Source of the DNA: Octopus vulgaris
Taxonomy: Eukaryota
DNA length: 64,000 nt
NCBI GenBank assembly: GCA_951406725.2
Contig: OX597815.1
Coordinates: 20,150,001-20,214,000, forward strand
Reading direction: 5' to 3'
Each line of letters opens with the position of its first letter. Positions within the stretch are counted from its first letter, which is position 1. The notes below the pieces were generated by a model. The model made no database searches. It was not told the origin of the DNA and was given only the letters and a program-made list of their open reading frames with translations. The position numbers and the translations under genes were made by a program. Positions 39,214 through 53,599 of the stretch are shown piece by piece.

Positions 39214-39919
39214 ATTCATTTCTCAATGAAGTATGATGTAACAGTTGATCAAGATCAGTGACATTTGTTCTAAACAACACAGGAAAAAGACAATAAAAAG
39301 TAATTGAAATAAAGGCATTCTATTGTAAAAATGACCCGGCAACAACGAGCCTCAGCTAGTTTGTAAATAAAATCAAGTATTTGATTAGACTGAAAGAAAA
39401 ATTTGTATTTATAATTTGATTTGACTGTGAATGTAATTCCTGAACTTCATTACGATTTTTAATGAAGAGGCTTCTGTCTTGTTTAGAACATGTCTTGATC
39501 AACTGTAACATTGTAATTCATTGAGAACTGAATTCAAAATCATGTTTTGTTAAATCTCATCTGTTACAATTAATAAAATCAGCGCCAGCGATATACATAT
39601 ACAGAGAAATAGTGAGATGCCCCACTGAGGGGTTAAGTTTACAATGAGTAAAGTGTAAAAGACAAAGAAAGACATAGAGAGAGAAAATCTTTTCAGTTAC
39701 TGTCACAGATTTTGAAATTTCAACATTAAGTAAAAAATATTCAAATTTGGTATATTCATCTAATTTTCATGCTAAATACGATTTTGTGATTCATCTATTC
39801 TAGAAAATTTTTTAAAAGATGTTACGGAGGTTTAAATTTTGATAATTTTTACTCAATCAGAAAACAGGATTTGGAAGCCTAGCATGCTACAACAAAATGA
39901 AAACAATTTCTTGTCATAT

Positions 39920-40152
39920 CTGTTTCTTTATTGCCCACAAGAGGTTAAACATAGAGGGGACAAACAAGGACAGACAAAGATATTAAGTCGATTACATCGA
40001 CCTCAGTGCGTAACTGGTACTTAATTTATCGACCCCGAAAGGATGAAAGGCAAAGTCGACATCGGCGAAATTTGAACTCAGAACGTAGCGGCGGACGAAA
40101 TACGGCTACGCATTTCGCCCGGCTTTGCTAACGTTTCTGCCAACTCGCCACC
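39920..40152 (-). mobile_element. SINE family C monomer
   Basis: Family C match, flanked by an imperfect duplication of CTTGTCATA. Confidence 0.88.
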
Positions 40153-40252
40153 CTATTACTTGTCATAGCGAGAGAGAGAGCGGGGAGCAGCATGCATGTG
40201 AGATATTCATATACAGGGAAAGAGTGAGAGGCGGGGTTGACAAATATATATA

Positions 40253-40651
40253 TATTTCTTTACTACCCACAAGGGGCTAAACACAGAGGAGACAAACGGA
40301 TTAAGTCGATTACATCGGCCCAGTGCGTAACTGGTACTTAATTTATCGACCCCGAAAGGATGAAAGGCAAAGTCGACCTCGGCGGAATTTGAACTCAGAA
40401 CGTAACGACGAGCGAAATACCTATTTCTTTATTACCCACAAGGGGCGAAACATAGAGGGGACAAACAAGGACAGACAAACGGATTAAGTCGATTACATCG
40501 GCCCAGTGCGTAACTGGTACTTAATTTATCGACCCCGAAAAGATGAAAGGCAAAGTCGACCTCGGCGGAATTTGAACTCAGAACGTAGCGACGGGCGAAA
40601 TACCGCGAAGCACTTCGCCCGACGTGCTAACGTCTCTGCCAGCTCGTCGCC
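40253..40651 (-). mobile_element. SINE family C dimer
   Basis: One head and two units joined at the same GAAATAC|CTATTTCTTT junction. Confidence 0.88.
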
Positions 40652-41149
40652 TATCTGATTTGAAGATTATATTCCTAGCTTCGTCACACTCTTCTGTATT
40701 TGCTGTATTTATTTGATTAGTTCACTTTCTTTTTCACCCAAAAAGAAAAAAAAGTGAATGTTGTTTAACTCCATGTGAATCCCAATCGAACAAGCCTATA
40801 ATCAAAGATGCTGCAGTACTGACTACCACGTTTTCTTGTACGTTCAGGACTGCATTATCTGATATGTGCTTCATATTTAACGCAATGTAAAGCATTTGAG
40901 GGACAGTTGACTGCTATTTATAGCACATCAAGTGACAGTCTAGTGCATCCAGCAACACTCGAGCTTTGTGCTGCTCATGTTTTTCAATGGCACACGTAAT
41001 CTGATATAACTTTTAGATCGTTTGCTTTCGATCAAATTTTGTGATTTACTTGATGTAATTATAAAATGGAGGTTGTACTGTATATAATATAATATAATTA
41101 GCCTGTTGTTATGTCCTGTTATTATTATTATTGTTAATTTTATTGTATT

Positions 41150-41460
41150 TTTGTATTTATATTCGTCTGTATTTCCATCCTTGTTCTCGTATACATTCGA
41201 TGCTTTTTTTCCAAGGAATCTAATGCTCTTAGCTTAGTATTTCCTTGGGGCTGGCTAGATTGGAGCAATCTTAAGATTAATCAACCGAAATTGCGAGGAT
41301 GATCCGGTTCTTGACTGAAGATAAAAGGCTTCGAATGACCCATCTTTGTTTTTCTTTTCCTTTTTTTTTTTGTATCGTCTATCTGGATGTTTTGTTGTCC
41401 CTTTTTGTATCACCTAGTTGTCTGGATGTTTTGCGTTCTTGTCCCATTTTGTATTTTATT
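41150..41460. repeat. Dispersed repeat, inverted copy at about 59590-59713
   Basis: CCGAAATTGCGAGGATGATCCGGTTCTTGACTGAAGAT is shared. Both copies abut TA tracts; possibly a Penelope pLTR. Confidence 0.65.
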
Positions 41461-41461
41461 T

Positions 41462-41546
<85 letters not shown>

Positions 41547-42229
41547 TTATTTTTTACTTATTTTACCCGATTTGTGATGAAAACTTTTTCGTATTACACG
41601 TCTGGATATGAAATATGCAATTAGGATTTTTTTAATTAGCAAAGATAATAAGGCAGAATAATCTTTGCTGTAGTATTTAATGACGTCCAGTGCCACAATT
41701 ATCATAGAAACGCTTTGTTTCATTGAAGGTTTTGAAGCCATCCACGAGTTCTCTTACTATAATTTTGGTCTAATATAAAAGCTTATCGTAACCTTATGGT
41801 AAACTGTTTAAGAAGCTGGCTTTGTAGTCATGTAATCCCAAGTTCGATCCCACCTGGCGGCTCTCCTTGACAAGTTTGTTTTACCTTGGTTTGAACCAAC
41901 ACTTTTAAGTGAAAATGGACAGAGGGGAAACTATGCGGAAGCTTGTCATATGAACTGTATCTGTCATTGATTTGGGTTCAGTAGGTTTAGCTAATCACCT
42001 TTAGTATTGAAATCAGTTTTCCAATCGGAAGATAATTCGACATTTTGTGGATATTTTCTTAATCTCTTTCCTACCCATCAGCCTCAGAGACGCTGCAAAG
42101 GTCAGGGTCACAACCCATTTCCTGTCAACGGTTTATAAAAACCAGCTTGTATAGGGATATATATTTTTTTCTCAAATATTTGTAAATCACGCAAAACGGT
42201 TGCACGTTTCTCTTAAATACCTCAATCCT

Positions 42230-43170
<941 letters not shown>

Positions 43171-43245
43171 TTAACTCTTACGCAGTTAGTTAATATTTAG
43201 TTTTGGGATTAGAAAACCAAATTAAATCACCTTATTTATTTGCTG

Positions 43246-43317
<72 letters not shown>

Positions 43318-44198
43318 CTGAAACTTGTTTTTGTAAAAATAATAGTTCGCATACTAGTAAGTAAAATAAATCAATGAATTTATCTATCAAATAAATTCAT
43401 TGATTTATTTCATAAGGTACATATCAAATCTTCCCAATGAGATGTTAGGAATCTGGGATTGTAGTACGAGAGACTAGAAAACATAAATTTCAAAGATTAA
43501 GAATAGTATTAGTACAATTAGCAAACCATATCAAACAGAAACCGCGACGAGAACGCTTGTGTTCTGACCCCAATTGATAAACTAATAACTAATTCACTTT
43601 ACGAGAAAACCTAATGATGAAAGAGAATATACTGAAGCGAGGTGCTCCTATAAAGAATCTAAACTTAAGAGAGTCGAATATGTTTGGTGATAATTCACGA
43701 GATAACATATGCCAGAAAAGATCTTACAGGTAAAGAAATACGCGCATATAAATATAATCAGAAGATAGAGATAAAATATAGCCAACAGCTCTGACAGTCG
43801 GTCAGTTGTTAAAATGGAAGATGGGCCAATGGCTCACCTATCGATATTCACAATGTTGTAAAAGTTTAAAGTAATTGATATTGATTCTGGCATTGAATCA
43901 AGTATAAGTCCATCCCATTGCAGAATCCTGCAATTTCTTGAAAGCTGACTGTAAAAATAACAGTTATAAGAACAATATTGCTAAGAAGCCACATGGGAAA
44001 AAAGAACAATAATTACAAGCGAAAGAGCAAAAAAGAGAAAAAGAAATTTTTTTTTTAATTGAACTGAATTGAGTTGGAGATTAAGAAATTAAAATTTAAA
44101 ACAAAAATGAATGCGATTAAATATTGAGGTCCTTATTCTAAAATTCAAAAACGTTTCATGCATTGTATAAAACCCTGCGCTCACACCCATACACACAT

Positions 44199-44286
<88 letters not shown>

Positions 44287-44867
44287 ACACGCGCACGCGT
44301 GCCCACGCACACACACAAACAGACAGACAGATAGATGTGTGTTTTTTTCACTTTTTATAAGAATTATTCCTAAGAGGGAGCTGGTTTATAACATAGAAAT
44401 CGAAGGTCTGTCCCTGGAATTTGGATAACAATTATAATTACTGCATATTGAGATTTAGGAAATTCTTGCATAATATTTAACTAGTCCACGAACGGAGTGA
44501 ATCTGTAAAGTTCGTGTTAACCGGGCGCCTTCTTTTCCTGAAAAGCCTAACTTTTCCAGATTGTCATTGAAACACTTACTAACTTAACCAAATGCACCAC
44601 TGATTGGTAGCATAGATGTGAATATATAATCTAAGTAGAGAGGCTTCAGTTTTGAAGCAGTTATCCAAAACTATTCTTTCTCGCTGATTTTAGAAGATAT
44701 GTTCACATCTGCATGTTAGTTAACCTTTATGACGATACGATTTTTCTTTCATGTCCCAAATAACTATACCAGTCCTGTTATGTTTGAACTTAGTAGCAAT
44801 TTTATGATGTCCAACCAATATTCTTTATGCTGACATGCATATATTCAACAATACAGGTATTGTTTAT

Positions 44868-45285
44868 ATATTTCTTTATTGCCCACAAGGGGCTAAACAC
44901 AGAGGGGACAAACAAGGACAGGCAAACGGATTAAGTCGATTACATCGACCTTTGTGCGAAACTGGTACTTTATTTATCGACCCTGAAAGGATGAAAGGCA
45001 AAGTCAACCTCGGTGGAATTTGAACTCAGAACGTAACGACAGACGAAATACCTATTTACTTACTACCCACAAGGGTCTAAACACAGAGAGGACAAACAAG
45101 AACAGACAAAGGGATTAAGTCGATTATATCGACCCCAGTGCGTAACTGGTACTTATTTAATCGACCCCCGAAAGGATGAAAGGCAAAGTCGACCTCGGCG
45201 GAATTTGAACTCAGAACGTAATGACAGGCGAAATACCGCTAAGTATTTCACTCGGCGCGCTAACGTGTCTGCCAGCTCGCCGCCT
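44868..45285 (-). mobile_element. SINE family C dimer
   Basis: One head plus two units. About 18-bp TSD TACAGGT..T.TTTATAT at 44852-44869 and 45286-45303 with 2 mismatches. Confidence 0.88.
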
Positions 45286-46329
45286 TACAGGTGTTTTTTA
45301 TATTCATCCCAAAACAGTTCTTCAGGTAGATAACACTGTGTATTGTTTTAGCAACAACATTATGTCCTCGATGACAATTTGGAGCCGTAGCTGATTACAT
45401 GTATTATGTCACGAAAGAAGAGAGGCATAATCGAGACTAACGTTTGCATCTTGAAAGTTTGTTTTCGTTTTATCACAAGATATTTCGTGGCTATTTCCTG
45501 CCCTTGGATTGCAAAAGTGTAGCCTTCGAGATATAAAAAAAATGTAACGGCCACGATTTCAAGACAAGATAGCACAACTAAATATAAAATTTCAATTCAT
45601 TTATCAAAAAATTATTTTGCCTAGTCCAATCATTGCATTCATACACGCTTTATCTCAATTCACCCAATTGGCTTAAAATATTACTTTTTTTGTTTCCATT
45701 TAATCTGTTACCATTTTTTTCCTTTCGAAATTAACTTTCATCTTACGCTGAAATCAATAAAGAACCTTAAAATTTCTCGTTAGTTCATCATAAAAACAAT
45801 ATTATCTTCCTTTTTTTTTTTTGCTCTACACGAAAATAAGTTATCTTTATATAATATTGAAGAACTTTTTTTGACATCGCTCCAAATGATGGAATCTTTG
45901 TCTTCGATCCAACAAAGCTTAATTAGTTACTGGAAGAAGATTATGGGCTGCTATAATTATTCTTTAATTATTCATAAGCAAATGTCAAGCGCAATAATTC
46001 ACTGCCTGACACTATGCAAATAACTGCCAAGTAGAAATGCTTTCTATATTAAACGTTTGGCAAAACAAACCATGCAATATGATCTTTTCAAAGCAAGTGG
46101 CATATTTTTAATTATTTTCGACAACTGTTGACATTAGTAAACTCAGAAAATCGTTGAAGTAATATTTTCATCCTAAAGAAACTTCCATAAGATAATTATT
46201 TCTACAAACAAACAAACAAACAAATAACAATGAACTTTCTCAAGAACTGCAACAAAAGTGTCTGAAACTTATATTGTTCAGTAGAATCATTAAACAATTA
46301 GAAACTTTCTTTCCCAACACTCACCTATA

Positions 46330-46736
46330 AGGGGCAGGAGTGGCTGTGTGGTAAGTAGCTTGCTAACACACCACATGGTTCCGGGTTCAGTCCCACTGCG
46401 TGGCATCTTGGGCAAGTGTCTTCTGTTATAGCCCCGGGCCGACCAATGCCTTGTGAGTGGATTTGGTAGACGGAAACTGAAAGGAGCCTGTCGTATATAT
46501 GTATGTGTGTGTGTGTGTTTGTGTGTCTGTGTTTGTCCCCTAGCATTGCTTGACAACCAATGCTGGTGTGTTTATGTCCCCGTCACTTAGCGGTTCGGCA
46601 AAAGAGACCGATAGAATAAGTACTGGGCTTACAAAGAATAAGTCCCGGGGTCGATTTGCTCGACTAAAGGCGGTGCTCCAGCATGGCCGCAGTCAAACGA
46701 CTGAAACAAGTAAAAGAGTAAAAGAGTAAAAGAGTA
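46330..46736 (+). mobile_element. SINE family B, full length
   Basis: GCAGGAGTGGCTGTGTGGTAAG head through a (TAAAAGAG)3 tail. Confidence 0.9.
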
Positions 46737-47008
46737 TAAACTACCCTTATCTCGAACAAATAAAGCAGCCTTTAAGCTGGAAATAGAGGCTAAATCTCCT
46801 GAAAAATCACAGTTTAGTGTCTTGAAAATAAAGGACTCGTTAAATAATGTAATGCCTGAAATGTTATGCCAGAGAAAATATGAGATGGTCATGGCTACAA
46901 CGCTTTTAATGATAGGTTTGTTCTTGTTCTTTATTTAAGAGATGAGGAATTGTGTACATTATTTACATTATTTACATTTGACGGATATGTGTCCTCATCT
47001 TTGTTGTT

Positions 47009-47054
47009 AACACAACGTTTCGGCTGATATACCTTCCAGCCTTCATCAGGTGTC
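47009..47054 (-). ncRNA. Penelope-type minimal hammerhead ribozyme motif
   Basis: GACAC-CTGATGA-A-GGCTG[loop]CAGCC-GAAAC-GTT-GTGTT. Stem I (GACAC/GTGTT) and stem II (GGCTG/CAGCC) pair, and the stem III region is the palindrome AACGTT. Confidence 0.65.
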
Positions 47055-47102
47055 TTGGGGAAATTTCGAACCTGAGTTCTCATTCTAAGGTATTTTTCGA
47101 TG

Positions 47103-47163
<61 letters not shown>

Positions 47164-47297
47164 CATTTTTATTGTTATTGTTATTATTATTATTTTTATT
47201 ATTATTATTATTTAAGCCATATGCCCGGGTATATGGCGTAATAGTTAAGATTGCGGGCTACTAACCCCAAGATTCCGAATTCAATTCCAGGCAGTGA

Positions 47298-47378
<81 letters not shown>

Positions 47379-47463
47379 TAATAACATCGAAAAATATCTT
47401 AGGAATGAGAACCCAGGTTCGAAATTTCCCCAAGACAACTGATGAAGGATGGAAGGTATATCA

Positions 47464-47960
47464 GCAATAGATCGATACTAGAGTTATTATTATGGCTGAC
47501 AATTTCATACGACACCGCTACGGAAAATGGGATTTTTTTAGCGGTGTCAAATGAAAATGTCACCCATAATTATGGCCCTAATATCGATCTATTGCATTTC
47601 AATCTATTTTAGATTTAGGGTTAGAGTTAGGGTGAGTTAGGGTTAGTTAGGGTTAGGGTTAGGGTTGGGGGAAGGGTATCTTATTTCTTCACAAATGTAA
47701 ATAAACCCAATCTGTTTCTTAAAGGAGGGACATATTCATTATGCACAGAATGTTATTTACCTAAATGGAGGTCAGCGATTGGTTAAAATTGCCGAAATGC
47801 TCGAAATTAAAGACGAAATATGTTACAACATATAGAATTTTCTCAATAAAGCCAAGAAAAAATGATGTTTTATAAACACATTCTACCAGTATACGAAGTT
47901 TAAAAGTGTTTGATTAACTAGAAATTGTGTTGAAAAGTGCCGTTCAAAAGGAAAAGATCC
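47464..47960 (+). mobile_element. MITE, second subfamily, with expanded degenerate (TTAGGG)n and an inverted 5' fragment
   Basis: 47464-47525 is the inverse of about 47535-47596. About 7 TTAGGG-like units at about 47615-47665. The right TIR ends at 47960. Confidence 0.82.
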
Positions 47961-48418
47961 CATGTTTATATGTTATCTATGGAAATAAGAGTGAACAAAA
48001 TATGCTTTCAAAAACAAACACTTAAGCATTAAAAAACAAACATTTAGCTTTCGGTTTTAATTTTTAAAATAACCTTCTCTGCTCTCAATGTTTCCATAAT
48101 AGAAGCGAAGTTGCTGGAGCTTGCTGCAATAATTACAGAGCACAGAACACAGCGACAAATTTGTCAACACGTGCTTCCCGCGCAGATAAACGACTTTTCA
48201 AAGACTGCTCGGATTCGCTTGTTACTATGGCAACAGGCACGTTGAGAGACAAAAGTGTTCGTATGTTCTGCTTCTTACTATCGAAACATGCATGAATGTG
48301 TCTGTGGCTTATGATTGGTTAAAATTACCAAAATTTTCAAACTTTAATTGCTAATAGCTCTTTATTGACTTAAAGCGAAAATTACTTTTACGTCATTAAT
48401 CATGCTATATAAAATACG

Positions 48419-48837
48419 GGAGCTTTTCGGTTTGAACGGCAGTTTTTAAAAATAATTTCCACGTAACTAAACACTTTTATACTTCGTATACTGGTAGAAT
48501 GTGTTTATAAAACATCTTTTTCTCTTGGCTTTATTGAGAAAATTCTATAGTTTGTAAGATATTTGTTGTTTTTTTCTTCAATTTCTGCAATTTCAACCAA
48601 TCAATGACGTCTATTGAGGTAAAAAAAACATTCTGTGCCGTATGAAAATGTCCCTCGTTTAAGAAACAGATTGGGTTTATTTACATTTCTGAAGAAAAAA
48701 AGATACCCTTCCACCCTTACCTAACCCTAACCCTAAAACCGATTGAAATGCAATAGATCGATACTAAGGTCATAATTATGGGTGACAATTTCATATGACA
48801 CCGCTAGAAAAAACTGCCGTTCAAACCGAAAAGATCC
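48419..48837 (-). mobile_element. MITE inserted into the 5' end of a Helitron
   Basis: 8-bp TSD AAAATACG at 48411-48418 and 48838-48845. Confidence 0.93.
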
Positions 48838-49738
48838 AAAATACGTTATCTGTGTGTGTCCTCTACGTACGGCCAAACCTCTCGATCGATCAATCTGTAC
48901 CACACTTGGGATACATGATTAATTTGACCTGAGAAATAATAATACGGTCTTGATTTATTTTTTTTTAATCAAAAATAGATAATATTGCTTTATATATAAA
49001 ATAAAGTTTCATTTCTTCAAACCGTTTTCTGAGCCTGGCGTTTTGACGTAGTAACTAAGTAACCAGCTATTTACACACAAGTATGTATACATCATTGCAG
49101 TGGTGATGATTTCTGATTTTTAAAAAAAAAGGAATTTCTAGAGGTACTTTTTTATGTTCTTCTCCAGCTTTTTATTTATGTACCTGTACATATAGGTTCA
49201 TTTCTATAGAAAATTTCCAATGACAACAGGTCTGCTTCATATATATAAGATATGTATTTATGTATGTGTAAATACATTCTACACAGAGAAATACGCTTCT
49301 TTTTCACATGTCAACAGGTCTTTTAAGATATATATTAATGTGAGTGTGTGTGAAAATACATTCAATACGGAGATAGACGCCTTTTTATTCAGATGCCAAC
49401 AGGTGTGTTTCATATATATGACATATATTATTGTGTGTGTGCGTGTGTGCGTGTGTGTGTGTGTGCGTGCGTGCGTGTGTGTGTTTGCGTGCTTGTGTGT
49501 GTGTGAATAGATTCCATACGGAGATAGAGGCCTTTTTTTCATATGTCAACAGGTCTGTTTTATATATATATATATATATATATATTTGAGTAGTTGAATG
49601 AATTATCTTATTATGGATAATTCGGTTAACCGATACCTGGGTAGCAAATTCACGTCAGAAAAACACGGTTGAAGCTACATGTCGAGAATAAAGGAATTTT
49701 GTTAATTCGTCGTTCAACTCCATTCTTTCATTTATTTG

Positions 49739-49802
<64 letters not shown>

Positions 49803-50309
49803 GACATTTATTTGTGTGTGTCCTCTATGGTCGACCAAACAGCTGGATCACTCTAATACCATAATCTTCTCTATCTTTCCGTTCGTGTATCCGTAAATAA
49901 AAGTTCATTTCCGTAAAAAAATTTCTATTGTCAGCAAGTCTGTTTTTTATATATCTAAGATATATATTTATGTGAGTGTGTGAGTGAAACAAATTAATAC
50001 AGAGATAGACGCCTTTTCTTTCATTTAATTGATCAATTGTCAACAGATTTGTTTCATATACATAAGATATATAGTTATGTGAATGGGTGTGTGAGAGAAA
50101 AAAATTTCATAGACGCCTTTTTCTCAATTAATTGGAGGTACTATATATTGCACATTGATTTTCCAATATATATTTCGGATATTTTTGGATGTGATTATTC
50201 TTGGCGCAACTCGACTTATTAACACTGGGTATTTCTGTTTTAAATCCAATGTGAGTAATTATACTTGTATGTTGCGGGACAAGAACAGCTTTTCAAATCC
50301 CTCCACACT

Positions 50310-50740
50310 GGCATTGATCAGGACCAGGCTGTCATTTTTCCAACTGAGTTCCTGAACTCTCTACAGCCATCTGAGATGACACCTCACCACTTAACGCTTA
50401 AAAAGGGTGCCCCAATCATGCTGCTCAGGAATCTGGATCCACCTCGTCTATGCAATGGCACCAGACTGGTGATGAAAGTGATGCGACCTTATATACTATC
50501 AGTAATTATGACTGAGAACTATATGGGTGGGGATGTCTTCATTCCACGTATCCCGTTAATCCCATATGATCTCCCATTTGAATTTAAACGGTTCCAGTTC
50601 CCAGTGAAACTAAGTTTCGCTATAAGCAAATCCCAAGGACAGTCTCTCATGGTTATTGGACTTCACCTTGCTTCTCTCAGGGGCAATTATATGTAGGATG
50701 TTCGCAAGTTGGAAGTCCCCAAAATCTTTCCATTCATACA
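50310..50740 (+). pseudogene. Helitron RepHel PIF1 helicase C-terminal fragment
   Basis: FPTEFLNSL, LKKGAPIMLLRNLDPPRLCNGTRL, VFIPRIPL, FKRFQFPVKLSFA.SKSQGQSL, then a frameshift into GQLYVGCS. Confidence 0.9.
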
Positions 50741-51099
50741 TTTCATTTATACTCACGTCATCTGATAGAATTTTTGTTAAATGTATTTATCAATAAGAGA
50801 GGAGCGCTCGGAGGGCGGTTCTTCTCAAATTTATGCATTTTCAGGTTCAACGTGTTTCAAATAAATACTGACAATTGAAGGCGATTGCAAAGACAAAGAA
50901 CTACCTGCTTTTTTAACAATTTTAACTGTGAGAACATTGAGCAAATCATGTTATTGACATATACAGTTGGTACCTCAGCTAATAACTGCTGAGAACTGTA
51001 TAATCCATTTAATAATACTTTTAAGTTAGTATTTAAACAAGAGACAAAGACTAAAAATACAGTACATATGAATCTATAGCTCTCTACCACACCCTTTGC

Positions 51100-51520
51100 C
51101 CTCAGTATCAGTATCAATCCGTCCTGCGCTTTCAAGGACATTGGGCAGCAAGTTAACGCTCTTGATTTCCATTGCAGAAGCTTCGTCTCCATCCGGTCAT
51201 GTGATATTGGCCTCTCTTAATGGTTATGAATGTTCTACGCCATGTAAATTTTGGTCTTCCATTCTTTTTCTACCCTCCTGAAAACTGTTCAGAATACCAT
51301 TGTTCTGGTAGCTAGAGTATGTAGCCAGTTAATTTTAATCTTCGTTTTTGTGATGCTTTCGTTAAATGGTCTTGTGCTGGTTCTCTTTAGAATATCTTCA
51401 TTTATTATGTGGTTTTTGCTAGTACGTTCTCGGGACATCTTTGGTGGAACACGTTTAGCTTTCTGTCGACTTTTCTGGTACCCATAGAAACATTTTTCAC
51501 CGGTCGACAAGATCAGATGC
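51100..51520 (-). mobile_element. Strongly decayed RTE-clade LINE 3' fragment
   Basis: Frame-hopping LNVFHQRC, NHIINEDILKRT, RRLKLTGYIL, RPKFTWRRT and LAAQCP, with a (GATACT)2 tail. Confidence 0.65.
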
Positions 51521-52412
51521 AGTGAAAAGTATAAAACAGCAAGACCATCACTTTAACGCTTTGTCATTCCAAAGTATTTTCATGTTTGTCCTAAACGTCC
51601 AAGCTTGCTTTTAGACTGTAAGTTGTTTCATACATTCCGAGTAATATAAAGTCGTTTCATACATTCCGAGTAATATAAATAAAGTTTTCTTTTCGTAAGT
51701 CCTAAGTTACTCTGGAGATTAGAAACAAAATTATGGATATGTATCATATAAAATGCGTGGACGTCAGGGAGACATGTCTTGTGTATTACATGTGATACAC
51801 AAGTTCAGGCAAATGGTTAAGAGAGAGGCGGTGTTCGGTGGGATGGAGACAAGTAAAGGCGGTTAATTACAGACTGAAGCCAAAGTGGCAACATTACCTT
51901 CTCTTCTTCACTCTCTCTAGCGAAAACCAGATACCCAGAACGTTAGGATCTACAGCGGCCATGGCAATTGAACTAACATACTTTCCTAAGGTAATTATTT
52001 TATTGTTGACGGTGTTATTTTAAGTTGACGGTGTTTGAACTTAGAACATAAGTAAAATATTGCAAAGTTTAGTTTTGTTTATTTGTTTTGTTTTAGCTTC
52101 TTTTTTTGTTTTGTTCCTTTGTATATTTTTATCCAGTTTCATACCAATTCTGCCATCCCTTGACATTCAGAAATTGAAGAATTAATGCTTTATTTCAACA
52201 TTATACAACAGTATACATGTGTGAATACGTGTGTATTTGGCTGTGTTTGTGTACATATACACATACATACATGACGTACACACATGTTCATACTTTAGTA
52301 CTATCATGCGTATATATATACATATAGGTATGTATGTATACAGAGATATAGATACATACATACATACATACATACATATGTGTGTATATATATATATGTG
52401 TGTGTGTGTATA

Positions 52413-52493
<81 letters not shown>

Positions 52494-52634
52494 ACATTGC
52501 ACTACTTTCCATGTGACTGTTCCTGCTGTTTTGCTAAGACGTATTTATATAACCAAAACACTGTTAGAAATGGGAAGAATTCCAATTATTTTCTGACAGG
52601 AACCTATAGAGTGTAGAAGGAAGCGGAGGTTGTT

Positions 52635-53025
52635 GTTGTTGTTTAGCCCCAGGTTCACCATGTTTCAGTAGACATGTGATCAAGCCGTGACTATCTCGAC
52701 CCCTTTTGAGACCTAATGTATCTAGTTCTATATTATCCAATGTGTTCGTTGGGGTTGACGACAGTGGGTGTGATTCGAGGGAATTTTGACTGCTATTTCT
52801 AATTGGTCTAACAATTACCAAAAACCTCTCGTTGTTGAGTAGTTTTTTGTTGTAGTTGTTAGTGTTCGTGTAGGCCTATGAAGGACGATGTTCTATGTGT
52901 GTGGCAATCCTGTCTCTTTCTTACGTATAGAACATCTAGTACTGCATTCTTTTTTTTTTCTAAAATGGTAGGGTGTGAGGGAGATTTGGCTGCTATTTCT
53001 ACAAGTGACTATGTAGGACCTCCTC
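52635..53025. repeat. Two tandem diverged copies of an old interspersed repeat (family D)
   Basis: (GTT)n-TTTAGCCCCAGG...ATTTGGCTGCTATTTCT. Related pieces lie at about 6060, 15655, 19525-20115 (split by a MITE) and 40758. Confidence 0.6.
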
Positions 53026-53599
53026 TTTCCTTCTTGCTCTCTATAATTTGTGCAGCAATAAACTAGTCACTCTCTTTTATATAACAATACTTTTAGAATC
53101 CCTATTAACCAGAATACGTAACAAACATAACTGCTGTACTCTACTGACTTGAAGTGATCGCTGAAGATTCAGGTGTTGTGGCTTTCTTTGTTTTTATGAC
53201 AACACAGAAACAAAGAAACCAAGTTGGCTTTATCTGTATGTGATGTGTCTGTGAAACAACATGCGGCTACGTCCTTCAAAAACCTGAATGCATTTTTGTC
53301 TGATTCTCTACTGATTCTGCCAATCAGCGTTTAACCACTCATTGTTTAACAACAATCGTTTCTAACAAACGTGCAAGTTTGGTTTGTCGATTAAAGCAGT
53401 CCTAATACTGGATTAGTTCTATATTTTGATCTAGGAAGGAAAAAATACAAACTTCGCCTCCGAAAGATATTTGCATACATACTCAGAACATGAGTATGTG
53501 TGCGAAGATGTGTGTGTGTGGACGGAGAGAGACATGGAGAGAGAGAGAGAAATGTTTTTACTTTGAGTTTTATTTAAGTTCCTGGGAGAGTTGAAACCG

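Larger units (their letters stand above)
48400..51010 (+). mobile_element. Second copy of the same Helitron, opposite orientation, 3'-truncated
   Basis: 5' A|TCATGCTATATAAAA. Reverse-complement collinear with about 54600-56441. Carries a MITE and an extra insert at about 49590-49740. Confidence 0.85.

Noticed and set aside
50265-50696. Host PIF1 gene
   Set aside because: It is a frameshifted C-terminal fragment lying inside Helitron-derived sequence and present in multiple copies.
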